From assembly GCA_963422375.2 (NCBI GenBank), contig OY729428.2, forward strand, positions 2,912,001 through 2,976,000: a stretch of DNA of 64,000 bases. The letters run 5' to 3'. The translations under genes were made by a program, and so were the position numbers. The notes beneath the pieces were generated by a model, which saw nothing but the letters and a program-made list of their open reading frames with translations, did not search any database and was not told the origin of the DNA. Each line of letters starts with the position of its first letter. Position 1 is the first letter of the stretch. Shown piece by piece: positions 1 to 9,696 of the stretch. Source of the DNA: Bryobacterales bacterium. Its GTDB lineage: Bacteria > Acidobacteriota > Terriglobia > Bryobacterales > UBA6623.

Positions 1-162
1 GAGCGAGGCACGGGGCTCGGCCTCTCGATCGTCAGGAGCATCGTGCAGGACCATCACGGCACGATCCGGGTCGAGAACAATCAGCCCAGCGGATCCCGCT
101 TCGTGATCGAAGTGCCGGCGATTTCCTCGGAGACACCCGAGCTGCAGGAGGTCACTGCGTGA
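1..162 (+). CDS. Sensor histidine kinase, C-terminal HATPase fragment (NtrY-like; 5' end outside window)
   Basis: Frame +1 reads ERGTGLGLSIVRSIVQDHHGTIRVENNQPSGSRFVIEVP...stop (G2 box GTGLGL). TGA 160-162 overlaps the GTG start of the response regulator. Confidence 0.85.
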   Translation, partial: ERGTGLGLSIVRSIVQDHHGTIRVENNQPSGSRFVIEVPAISSETPELQEVTA

Positions 163-1541
163 CAGGTCCGAGCGCAGGCCACGTTCTGGTCGTCGACGAC
201 GAGCCCGGCATCCGCGAAACACTCGCGGGGGTGCTCGAGGACGAGGGCTACCACGCGGAGGCCGTCGAGAGCGGAGAGCGCTGCCTCGAACTGCTGCCCG
301 TGCGCTCCTTCGGGGTGGTCCTGCTGGATGTCTGGCTGCCCGGCATCGACGGGCTCGAAACGCTCGAGCGTATCGGCGAGATGGACGCGCGGCGCAGGCC
401 GGTCGTAGTGATGATTTCGGGGCACGGCAGCATCGAGAGCGCCGTCCGGGCCACCAAGCTGGGAGCGCGCGACTTCCTCGAGAAGCCGCTCTCGGTCGCC
501 AAGGTCTCCCTAGCAGTCCGCAACGCGATGGAACACCACACCCTGCTCGCCCAGAACGCGTCCATGCGGGGCGAGTTGCGGGCCAAGCACCGGATCATCG
601 GCGACAGCGTGCCGATGAAGGCGGTGCGGCAGGAGATCCTCCTAATGGCCCCGACCAACGGCAGAGTCCTCATTTTCGGCGAGAGCGGTACCGGCAAGGA
701 ACTCGTCGCACACGCCATCCACGCGGCCAGTCAGCGGTCCGGGGGCCCGTTCGTGACTGTGAATTGCGCCTCCATCCCCGAGGACCGCATCGAGAGCGAG
801 CTGTTCGGTCACCTCCGCGGGTCCCTGCCGGGGGCGAACAGCGACAAGACCGGGAAATTCCAGCTAGCTGACGGTGGAACGCTCTTGCTCGACGAAGTGG
901 GCGACATGAGCCTGAAGACCCAAGCGCGGGTCCTCCGAGTGATCGAGGCGCAGAGTTTCGAGCCGGTGGGATCCGGCCGCACGGTGGAGGTGGACGTGCG
1001 GATCATCGCGGCCACGAACAAGGATCTCGACGGGGAGATTGCGAAGGGAAACTTCCGGGAGGATCTCTTCTACCGGCTGAACGTCGTGCCCTTCCACGTC
1101 CCGCCGCTGCGCGACCGCTTGGAGGACGTGCCCGTGCTGGCGCAGCACTTCATCGACGAGTTCTCCCGGGCGTACGGACGGAAGCCCAAGCGCCTGCTCA
1201 AGTCCGCCATAGACCGACTGCTGGCCCGGGTCTGGCCGGGAAACGTCCGCGAGTTGCGCAACCTCATGGAGCGCATCGTGATTCTCCATTCCGGGGCGGA
1301 GGTCAGCGCGCGCCAGCTGCCGGACACGAGTCAGAGCGGGCGCGAGGCGCGATCCGTGCAGCCCGGGTTCTCGAGCCTGAAAGAAGCGCGAGAGGCCTAC
1401 GAGCGCGACTACGTGGAGCGCGCCCTGCAGGCGACCGGCGGCAACGTCACTAAGGCGGCGGCGGCGCTGGGCCTGGAGCGCAGCAACCTGCACCGCAAGA
1501 TGCGGTCCCTCGGCATCCGTCCGGCCAAGGGCGCCGGCTAA
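159..1541 (+). CDS. ntrX: NtrC-family response regulator (REC-AAA+-Fis HTH), NtrX-like
   Basis: REC domain VLVVDDE...LLDVWLPGIDG, Walker A GESGTGKE, Walker B LLLDEV, WPGNVRELRN, C-terminal HTH. The GAFTGA loop reads GSLPGA. Confidence 0.85.
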   Translation: MTGPSAGHVLVVDDEPGIRETLAGVLEDEGYHAEAVESGERCLELLPVRSFGVVLLDVWLPGIDGLETLERIGEMDARRRPVVVMISGHGSIESAVRATKLGARDFLEKPLSVAKVSLAVRNAMEHHTLLAQNASMRGELRAKHRIIGDSVPMKAVRQEILLMAPTNGRVLIFGESGTGKELVAHAIHAASQRSGGPFVTVNCASIPEDRIESELFGHLRGSLPGANSDKTGKFQLADGGTLLLDEVGDMSLKTQARVLRVIEAQSFEPVGSGRTVEVDVRIIAATNKDLDGEIAKGNFREDLFYRLNVVPFHVPPLRDRLEDVPVLAQHFIDEFSRAYGRKPKRLLKSAIDRLLARVWPGNVRELRNLMERIVILHSGAEVSARQLPDTSQSGREARSVQPGFSSLKEAREAYERDYVERALQATGGNVTKAAAALGLERSNLHRKMRSLGIRPAKGAG

Positions 1542-1615
1542 TCCTTCGAATACCGCTCGGAAGGCCGCGAGAGCGGCGCGCGGCTTGGGCCCGCGCCTGC
1601 AACGGCCGACGCTGT

Positions 1616-3097
1616 GTGACAATGAGGCTCGGAGCTGCTCCCCGGCCATTTCCGCCACTCCGCATGGGACGAGAAGAACGGCGCGGAGAGCGGGGCGGCC
1701 CCCCGAGCGACAGCCCGGGCTCGCTCTGGCGAGCCGTTCCGGACGCTATCCGGGGGTCTCGGGAAGACTATACCCAAGTTCCGCTTACACGGGCGATCGT
1801 GCTGCTTGCGATCCCCATGATGCTGGAGCTGGTCATGGAGTCCACTTTCGGGCTCGTCGACATCTTCTTTGTCGGCAAGCTCGGGTCGGCGGCGGTCGCA
1901 ACCGTCGGCCTGACTGGCTCGCTGATCATTCTGGTATTCGCCATCGTGATGGGCCTGTCGATGGGCACGACTGCCATGATCGCGAGGCGTATCGGCGAAG
2001 GCGACCCGGCCGGCGCGGGCCTGGCGGCCTGGCAGGCCGTGCTGGCCGGCGTGCTGGGAGCCGTGCCCGTGAGCATCGTCGGCGCCCTTCTCGCGCCCCA
2101 GATGCTGCGCTGGATGGGGGGCACGGAAGCGATCGTCGAGGGCTACCGCTACACTGCCGTGCTCTTCGCAGGAAGCGTCACGATTTTCCTGCTGTTCCTC
2201 AACAACGCGATATTCCGGGGAGCCGGAGATGCCGCGGTGGCCATGCGCGCCCTGTGGCTTGCCAACATCATCAATATCGCGCTTGATCCGCTCCTGATCT
2301 TCGGCCTCGGCCCTGTCCCGAGGCTCGGGCTGTTCGGCGCGGCCTTGGCCACGACAGTCGGCCGCGGCGTCGGGGTCGCCTACCAGCTGGCGAAGTTGGT
2401 ACGGGGCACGGGCCGCGTTGCGATCAGCAGGGAGTCCATGCGATGGGCTCCCTCGGTTCTAGTCAGCCTGCTGCGGGTTTCCGTCACGGGGATGGTCCAG
2501 TTCTTCGTGGGAACCGCGGCGTGGCTGGGCGTGACCCGGATCATTGCTCTGTTCGGGGAGACCGTGCTCGCCGGCTACACCATCACGCTGCGACTGATTC
2601 ACTTCGCGATCCTGCCATCGTGGGGCGTCAGCAATGCTGCGGCGACCTTGGTCGGCCAGAGTCTCGGGGCGGACAAGCCGGACAGGGCCGAGCGCGCCGT
2701 CCTGCTGACGGGCTTCGTGAACTTCGCGATGCTGGGAGTGATCGCGATCGTCTTCGCGGCCTTCGCGAGGCCGCTCATCGAAGTGTTCACCTTGGACGCC
2801 GGTGTCATCGGGCGGGGTGTCGAGAGCCTCAGGATCCTCAGCGCGGGATACATTTTCGCGGGGTTCTCGATGGTGTTCGGCCAAGCGTTCAACGGAGCCG
2901 GCGATACGGCCACCCCGGCCTGGATCAACTTCTTCTGCTACTGGTGCTGGCAGCTGCCCCTCGCCTACGCTCTGGCCAAGCCCATGGGCATCGGCGTCAC
3001 GGGGGTTTACTATTCCCTAGTGGTCTCCGGAGCAACCTGGATGGTCATCGGCTACGTACTGTTTCGCCGCGGCAGATGGAAGGAACAGAAGATCTGA
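1616..3097 (+). CDS. MATE family efflux transporter
   Basis: About 12 hydrophobic segments with MATE motifs (LAIPMMLE...FGLVDIFFVGKLG, FRGAGDA, GAALATTVGR, FNGAGDT). True start may be ATG 1664. Confidence 0.9.
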   Translation: MTMRLGAAPRPFPPLRMGREERRGERGGPPSDSPGSLWRAVPDAIRGSREDYTQVPLTRAIVLLAIPMMLELVMESTFGLVDIFFVGKLGSAAVATVGLTGSLIILVFAIVMGLSMGTTAMIARRIGEGDPAGAGLAAWQAVLAGVLGAVPVSIVGALLAPQMLRWMGGTEAIVEGYRYTAVLFAGSVTIFLLFLNNAIFRGAGDAAVAMRALWLANIINIALDPLLIFGLGPVPRLGLFGAALATTVGRGVGVAYQLAKLVRGTGRVAISRESMRWAPSVLVSLLRVSVTGMVQFFVGTAAWLGVTRIIALFGETVLAGYTITLRLIHFAILPSWGVSNAAATLVGQSLGADKPDRAERAVLLTGFVNFAMLGVIAIVFAAFARPLIEVFTLDAGVIGRGVESLRILSAGYIFAGFSMVFGQAFNGAGDTATPAWINFFCYWCWQLPLAYALAKPMGIGVTGVYYSLVVSGATWMVIGYVLFRRGRWKEQKI

Positions 3098-3114
3098 AGA
3101 CCCGGAGGCGGAAA

Positions 3115-5571
3115 GTGCGAGCTATTGCCGTTGCATTGCTGATCGCCGCGTGCGCCCCCGGGGCACTCCAAGGAGCGGACTTGGAGTGGACCGGATTGCA
3201 GGCCCTGCCGCTACCCGGCGGTGCCGAGGGCGCATTCGCTGCCGTAATTGACCAGAAGCTGGTGGTGGCGGGGGGCGTCAACGGCCCCGCAAGCGCCGAC
3301 GAGAGCGGGGCGTGGACCGCCATGGCGGACGTCTGGGTGCTCGAATCCCCAGACGGCAGCTGGCGCAAGACCACGCCGTTACCCCAGCCCACGGCATTCG
3401 GGGCGTCCGCGTCGGCGGGGACGTTCGCCGTCTTCGCGGGGGGCTCCGCGGGTGCTGGCGCGGAGGGTCGCGATTCTGCTTATCGCGTGGTTTTCGAGGG
3501 GGACGAGCTGCGGTTCCAGCCCCTGCCGCCGCTGCCCGGTGCCAGATCCCTCGCGAGCGCAGCGATGCTGGACGGGGCAGTCTATTTGGCCTGCGGTCGA
3601 GGCACCGACGGAGAGCCGACCAGCGACATGCTGGTGCTCGACCTGAACGCGGTCCGGCCTGCATGGGAGATCGCGTCCCCGCTGCCCGCGACGCCTCGCG
3701 TGTCTGTCGGTCTGACGGCGAGGGAGGGAGCCCTGTTTCTTCTGGGCGGGGCGGCGCCCGCTCCGGCGAGCAACGACGAGCGTGCACGACCGCTCGCGGA
3801 CAGCTACAAGTTCGTCCCGGGCGCCGGCTGGACGCGCGTCGCGGACCGCCCGGCACCCGCCTCGGGCCAGACGGTACCACTTGGCCCGACTCATATCGCC
3901 TCGGTAGGAAACTCATCGGACGGAACCGGTAGGCCGCTGCGCGCGATGGCCTATCACGTGTTGACTGACACGTGGGTGAGTCAGGGAGAGCTGCCCGCAG
4001 GGGCCGAGCGCATGATCGCCGTGGACTGGGGCGGCACCCTAGTGGCCGCGGGCAAACCCGCGGAGCCCGGCACTCCGGCGACGCCGGTCTTCGCGGCGCA
4101 CCTCGTCGCCGAGCCTTCTGGCTTCTCGACGCTCGACTACACCGCGCTGGCCTGCTACTTCGCGGCACTCGTCATGATGGGCATCTACTTCGCGCGCCAA
4201 GGGTCCAGCACGGAGGACTTCTTCCTCGGGGGCCGGAGCATGCCGTGGTGGGCTACGGGCCTGTCGATCTACGGGACCCAGCTGTCGTCGATCAGCTTCA
4301 TGGCGGTACCCGCCAAGGTCTACGCCACGGACTGGATCTACATCCTAGTGCAGCTGAGCATCATCCTGCTCGCCTTTCCGGTCGTTTACCTCTACCTGCC
4401 GCACTTCCGGCGCGTGAAGATGACCAGCGCCTACGAGTACCTCGAGAGCCGCTTCAATCTGCCGGTCCGGATTTACGCGAGCCTTTCGTTCGTGCTCTAC
4501 CAGCTCGGCCGGATGGCGATCGTGATGTTCCTACCGGCGATCGCTCTCTCGACAGTGACCGGGATCAGCGTCTACTCGTGCATCTTGGTGATGGGCGTGC
4601 TGGCAACGCTGTATACGGTGATGGGCGGCATCAAAGCGGTGATCTGGACGGACGTCACCCAGGTATTCGTGCTCTACGGAGGGGCGGTCCTGAGCTTGGT
4701 CATTCTGTTGGGAAGCATGGACGGCGGGCTGTCCGGACTGCTCTCGGCCGGGCAGGAGTATGACAAGTTCCACATCGTGACTTGGTCGTGGGACTGGACA
4801 ACCACAGCGGTCTGGGTCGTGCTCGTCGGCAACCTGTTCATGAATCTCGTGCCCTACACTTCGGATCAAGCCGTGGTGCAGCGGTACTTCACCACCAAGG
4901 ACGAGAAGGCCGCGGCGCGTTCCATCTGGACTAATGCCGTCCTGCTCATCCCCTCGACGCTGACTCTATTCCTGCTTGGCACAGGGCTGTGGGCCTTCTA
5001 CCGCGCGAATCCGGAGTTGTTGGATCCAGCATTGCCTACCGATTCGATCTTTCCGCTGTTCATTGCCCAGCAGCTGCCTTCCGGCATCGCCGGCCTCCTG
5101 ATCGCCGCCGTCTTCGCCGCTTCGATGTCAACGCTCGACAGCAGCCTGAACAGCGTGTCGGCCGCGCTGGTCACGGATTTCTACGCGCGCTTCCGGCCCG
5201 CCTCGAGCGACCGCCGTAGGCTCGCGCTGGCGCGGTGGCTCACTGCCGGACTGGGTGTTCTGGCAACGGCGACGTCGATCGCGCTCGCGACGTTCAACAT
5301 CGGGTCGCTGTGGGACGCGTTCCAAGGCATGATGGGCCTCCTCGGCGGAGGGCTCGCGGGCTTGTTCGCGCTGGGCATGTTCTTCCGGAGGGCCAACGGA
5401 GCGGGAGCGATCACCGGCGCAGTATCCAGCGTGGTGGTTCTCTACTGGGTCCAGCAGCACACGGACCTGCACTTCTTCCTGTACGGTGCCGTGGGAATCC
5501 TGAGCTGCGTGGGGATCGGACTGCTGGCGAGCCAGGTTCTCGGCGTTCAAGACTCGGGGTCGCGAGCATAG
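3115..5571 (+). CDS. Kelch-repeat beta-propeller fused to sodium:solute symporter (NanM-like + SiaT-like)
   Basis: GTG at 3115 after GGAGG and a signal peptide. Kelch-type repeats (VVAGG...W, VFAGG, LFLLGG...Y...W) are followed by SSS motifs (DFFLGGRSMPWW, SAYEYLESRF, GGIKAVIWTDV, DQAVVQRY, FAASMST). Confidence 0.88.
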   Translation: MRAIAVALLIAACAPGALQGADLEWTGLQALPLPGGAEGAFAAVIDQKLVVAGGVNGPASADESGAWTAMADVWVLESPDGSWRKTTPLPQPTAFGASASAGTFAVFAGGSAGAGAEGRDSAYRVVFEGDELRFQPLPPLPGARSLASAAMLDGAVYLACGRGTDGEPTSDMLVLDLNAVRPAWEIASPLPATPRVSVGLTAREGALFLLGGAAPAPASNDERARPLADSYKFVPGAGWTRVADRPAPASGQTVPLGPTHIASVGNSSDGTGRPLRAMAYHVLTDTWVSQGELPAGAERMIAVDWGGTLVAAGKPAEPGTPATPVFAAHLVAEPSGFSTLDYTALACYFAALVMMGIYFARQGSSTEDFFLGGRSMPWWATGLSIYGTQLSSISFMAVPAKVYATDWIYILVQLSIILLAFPVVYLYLPHFRRVKMTSAYEYLESRFNLPVRIYASLSFVLYQLGRMAIVMFLPAIALSTVTGISVYSCILVMGVLATLYTVMGGIKAVIWTDVTQVFVLYGGAVLSLVILLGSMDGGLSGLLSAGQEYDKFHIVTWSWDWTTTAVWVVLVGNLFMNLVPYTSDQAVVQRYFTTKDEKAAARSIWTNAVLLIPSTLTLFLLGTGLWAFYRANPELLDPALPTDSIFPLFIAQQLPSGIAGLLIAAVFAASMSTLDSSLNSVSAALVTDFYARFRPASSDRRRLALARWLTAGLGVLATATSIALATFNIGSLWDAFQGMMGLLGGGLAGLFALGMFFRRANGAGAITGAVSSVVVLYWVQQHTDLHFFLYGAVGILSCVGIGLLASQVLGVQDSGSRA

Positions 5572-5905
5572 TAATCCGGTACAACCCAGGGTTCGGACCG
5601 ACGCGAGACTTGGGAGAGCCTACGAGATTCTCGACACCGGTGCGTCATCGCGCTTCCCTTGCAGGATCGAGGATCGGAAGAACGGCACCGCTTACCGAGT
5701 CCTACACGCATGAGCAAGCGTCCGGGGTATGCGCGGGAACTGGTGTCGCACGCCTCCCGCACGGACCGCTGCTCGGGCACGCTGGCCCGCGTGACCGCGG
5801 CATGGACGTGACGCCCCGCGCATGATCGAGCACGCCAACCGGCGCTTCGTCAAGGAGGGTCTCGGGAAGTCGGGAAACGCAGGTACTGAACGCGTCAAAC
5901 GTCAT

Positions 5906-6933
5906 CCTGATTACCAATGAACGTCAGCCGAGGATATGCTATACTGAAGGAGGTCGGAAACCTCTGACAGGAAAGGGGATAGCTGATGAAACGCAATCGC
6001 GTGCAATTCCAGAAGGGACTCAGCCCGGGCAAGTTCCTGCAGCGCTACGGCAGCGAGGGGCAATGCGAGCAGGCCGTCTTCAAGGCCCGCTGGCCGGCCG
6101 GCTTCCGCTGCCCGGAGTGCGGCTCCCGCCGGCACTGCCGCATCCGCTCCCGCAAGCTCCGGCAGTGCCATGCCTGCCACCGCCGGACCTCCCTGGTCGC
6201 CGGCACGATCTTCGCCGCCACCAAGCTGCCGCTGACCGTCCGGTTCCTGGCGCTCCACCTGCTGACGCAGGGCAAGCACGGCGTTTCGTCGCTGGAACTG
6301 GCGCGGCAGCTGGGGGTCAGCCGGAACACGGCTTGGAAGATGAAGCACAAGCTCTTGCAAGTGATGAAGGAGCGCGACGAGCGCGTGCCGCCGGGCGGCA
6401 TCGTGCAGGCGGACGACGCCTACCGGGGCGGGGAGCGGAGCGGCGGCAAGCGCGGGCGCGACGGGCAAGACGCCGTTCGTGGCCGCCGTGCAGGTCAGCG
6501 CCGCCGGCCAGCCGGCAAGGATGCGCCTGAGCAGCGTGGCGGGCTTGCGCAAGAAGACGCTGGCAGCGTGGGCCGGGCGGCACTTGCAGCCCGGCACGGA
6601 GGTGCATTCCGACGGCCCGGCCTGCTTGCGGGGCGTGGCCGACGCCGGCTGCGAGCACGTGCCGACCGTCACCGGAGGCGGGCAGCGGAGCTGCGCGGAT
6701 TCCCGCTTCGTCCGGGTCAGCACGATGCTGGGGAACGTCAAGCAGTCCCTGGCGGGAACCTGCCATTCGTTCGACGGCAAGCACCTGCCGCGGTACCTCG
6801 CCGAGTTCCGCTACCGCTTCAACCGCCGCTACGATCTCGAGGCGCTGGTCCCCCGCCTGCTCCACGCCTCCGTGCGCACCCCGCCCATGCCGTACCGCCT
6901 CCTAACCTTGGCTGAGTCTTGTGGGTAATCAGG
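5906..6933 (+). mobile_element. IS1595-family element (IS1595 group), 1028 bp, complete ends
   Basis: IRL CCTGATTACCAATGAACGTCAGCCGAGG (5906-5933) and IRR reverse complement CCTGATTACCCACAAGACTCAGCCAAGG (6906-6933). 8-bp TSD AACGTCAT at 5898-5905 and 6934-6941. Confidence 0.95.
5986..6928 (+). pseudogene. IS1595 transposase, frameshifted near 6455-6465
   Basis: N-terminal Zn ribbon (RWPAGFRCPECG...CHAC), HTH and VQADDAY in one frame. KTPFVAAVQ...VHSDG...GNVKQSLAGT...YLAEFRYRFNRR continue in another frame. Confidence 0.9.
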
Positions 6934-6941
6934 AACGTCAT

Positions 6942-7447
6942 TGCTGGCCGAGACGATTCCCGACAGCAACGCGACCAATTGCCGCGGTTGGAAGCTGCCG
7001 CAGGCGAGTTCAGGGCCTGCAAGACGTTGATCGCAGCGTTGACGTCCGCATCGCCGCATGGCCGCAGCGCTTGCACGTGTACCGCTTGCACCTGCGATTC
7101 GAGCCGTCCACATCGACGCACCGATGGCACGGCTGCGACAGAATGCGCGGGATTGACTTGCTCAAACCTGCGGTCGGCCCATTCTGCCTTGTACGCAGGC
7201 TGCCCTAGCAGCAGTCCCCGTGACTAGCCCAGAATCGAGCGATTCAGTCCAGCCCTCTGCTTGACGTTCGTTCCGGGCGCTTCGACAGTGCCTTGCGCGA
7301 AACGCGTCATGGTCTCGATGTTCAGGTCCTCGGCTACGAGGGTTCCGTGCTTGCGGACCAGCCGCGTGGACTTGCGATGGCAGGCGTTGCGCTTGGATGC
7401 GTGCCGCTTGCGGTGCGTCTTGCCGAGCGCACGGACCCGCTTCTTGC
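6942..7447 (-). pseudogene. tnpB: TnpB (IS200/IS605 RNA-guided endonuclease) C-terminal remnant
   Basis: HRKSTRLVRKHGTLVAEDLNIETMT...GTVEAPGTNVKQRAGLNRSIL (RuvC-II), stop at 7224, then ...AYKAEWADRRFEQVNPAHS and DADVNAAINVL (RuvC-III). 5' half missing and Zn finger decayed. Confidence 0.85.
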
Positions 7448-8280
7448 ACGAGAGCAAGAAGGCCCGCGCCGGGCGCGGGCCGGTCGGCAAGACCCCCGTG
7501 GCGGGCGCGCGGGACCGCGCCAGGAACGCAGTGGCCGCCCGCCCGCTGCCGGGCACGACCGAGGGCGATCTGCAGGGCTTCGTGCGCGGCCGGGTCGCGC
7601 CGGGCGCGCAGGTCCGCTCCGACGAGGCGGCGGCCTGCGCCGGCATGGCGGAGTTCGCGCACGAGGGCGTCAAGCACTCCGGCGGCGAGTACGTGCGCGG
7701 GGCGGCGCATACGAACGGCATCGAGTCGTTCCGGTCCCTGTTCAAGCGCGGCCTCTACGGAACCTGTCACCGGATGAGCGTCCGTCATCTCGGCCGCTAC
7801 CTCACGGAGTTCGCGGGACGGCGCAACGCCCGCAACTGCGACACGGCGGAACGGATGCGGCGCATGGCGCGGGGCCCGGTCGGCCGGACGCTGACCTACC
7901 GGCAACTGGTCGGCAAGGCCGCGGTCGCGGCCCGAGCACGGCCTGGCCGGTCCGCTGCGGCCTCTCTTCACGCTCGGTGCGAAGGGCGCTCCGGATCCGG
8001 AATCCCGCGCCGCGACCGGTGTTCAGCCCGGACAATTCCTACCGGCAGCCGCCCTGGAAGGGGAGCCTCTCCACGGCAATCCGGGTTCCACCGAGGCGCC
8101 CGAGGCGGCCTCTCCAGTCCGTGCGTCGCGAGATCCGCTTGCAGGCGCAATTCAGATACGAACCGACCTTTCGGTGCCCACCTCGGCCGCACACGAAAGA
8201 TCCGAGCTAGACGCCGACGTCCCCAATCAGAGCAGTTCTAGCCGGATATGGCGTCGTCGGCACTCAGATATATAATTCCC
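7447..8280 (+). mobile_element. IS1595-family (ISNwi1-like) element, 5'-truncated: transposase C-terminal half, non-coding tail and right IR
   Basis: HESKKARAGRGPVGKTPV...VRSDE...VKHSGGEYVRG..HTNGIESF..LFKRG...HLGRYLTEF. Ends in TCGGCACTCAGATATATAATTCCC (reverse complement GGGAATTAT..., matching the ISNwi1-group ggnnatTAT end). Confidence 0.85.
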
Positions 8281-8286
8281 TTTCAA

Positions 8287-9251
8287 ATGTCCCTTGACGA
8301 ACTCTCGCGCACGATTAGGACTCTCGCGGAGAGGATTCGAGACCACAGTGCCTTGCTGAGCACTAGCGAAGCGCGAACGCGCTTGGCACTCGTCGACCCG
8401 CTGCTGAATGCGCTGGGGTGGGACACTTCGGATCCTGCGAAGGTGAGTGTGGAGTATGACGTGGAGGGTAGGCAGGCAGACTACGCGTTGCTCGGGCCGG
8501 ACGGCAAGCCTAAGGCCTTCGTTGAGGCGAAGAAGTTGGGCGAAAGATTGGATCGAAACTGACAACAAATGCTGTCGTATGGAAACATGGCAGGTGTTCC
8601 ATACGTCGCTCTGACGGACGGGAATCTATGGAATATGTACAAAGTATTCGTCCAAAATCCAATTGAGGATCGCTGCGTATTACAGATTTCTATCACGGAT
8701 TTTCCGGTCATCTCGCTGTGCTCAAGATGTTGGGTCTGTGGCACCAAAATCTCGCATCCGGTCATGTGATAGAAGCAAGTTACACTGGAGATTCTCGAGA
8801 GGATAACACTGCAAAAGGCCGTCTGACTCGCTTCCGGAGATGCCCAAGGGAGGCAGCAATTCTACTCGGATTCCACTCTCAGATTTCAAGATCACTAAAC
8901 GGAGGGCTCCGAATTGTATTGAGTTTCCAGATGAAAAGCCAAACAACATAAAGTTCTGGAAGGACATATTGTCCTCTACTGCGCAATGGCTCGTCTCGTC
9001 GGTTAAATGAAAGCATGGTTCCACTGATGATCTCAATAGCGCAGAAGAGATGTAGGGTCAATTCAGAGCCGCGTCACCCTGATGGCACGCCGTTCAAGTC
9101 CTCAAGTGAGATCCATCACCCCGATGGCACAACCCTTTACATTGAAACCGCTACAAACTCTAATCGAATACTTGAAACATCAAAGAATCTACTGGAGCGA
9201 TTCAAGATTAGTCCGGCTACAGTATTTCTCCTAGATGATGAATCAATTTGA
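8287..9251 (+). pseudogene. HsdR-N-like (PD-(D/E)xK) restriction nuclease-domain protein, disrupted, low GC
   Basis: EARTRLALVDPLLNALGWD...VEY...ADYAL...VEAKKL..., then stop at 8560-8562, LTDGNLW and several frameshifts. C-terminal part HPDGTPF...LYIETATNSNRIL...LLERF. GC visibly lower than the flanks. Confidence 0.75.
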
Positions 9252-9696
9252 GGGGAACAATCTGGACTTGACGAACTTGGTCGCGAGCGTTTCGCCAGAC
9301 TCCGTAGGGAGATTTTCATTCAATTGCGACACCTGAGCGACTTCGGCCCAAGTCGAGGAGACGCTCCCCCCCTCCATGCAACCGACTGGCATGCCGGTCT
9401 GCTCGACCGCGTGCGGGCCAAAGACGAGTCAACTCTCCGCGGAGCCGATGCGGCCCACATCGCCGCCTTGACGGATGACCGCCAACTCGAGGGGCTCCGC
9501 GGGGCCGCCCGTCCACCTGCAGTGTTCCCGCGTGCCAAGTCGCACGCCGGTAACCGTCGAGGGTCGCGCCCTCTACTCTTCCTGCAGAGCGAACTCTGGC
9601 AGGGGATGGCTCGAAGAAACGCTACCACCAGAGCATTCGACCCATTCGAGGCACTGACGTCTTGGTAGCATGTAGCGGAAGCGAGCGAGCCCCACC

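Noticed and set aside
2443..3114. N-terminal extension of the 1042-aa ORF 2443..5571
   Set aside because: It overlaps the MATE gene out of frame. The RBS and signal peptide point to GTG 3115.
5710..5880. Fragment resembling a SAM methyltransferase (GMDVTP..MIEHANRRF)
   Set aside because: Too short and frameshifted to support a call.
9255..9520. Possible decayed gene on the minus strand after the nuclease pseudogene
   Set aside because: Short broken frames with no recognisable motif.
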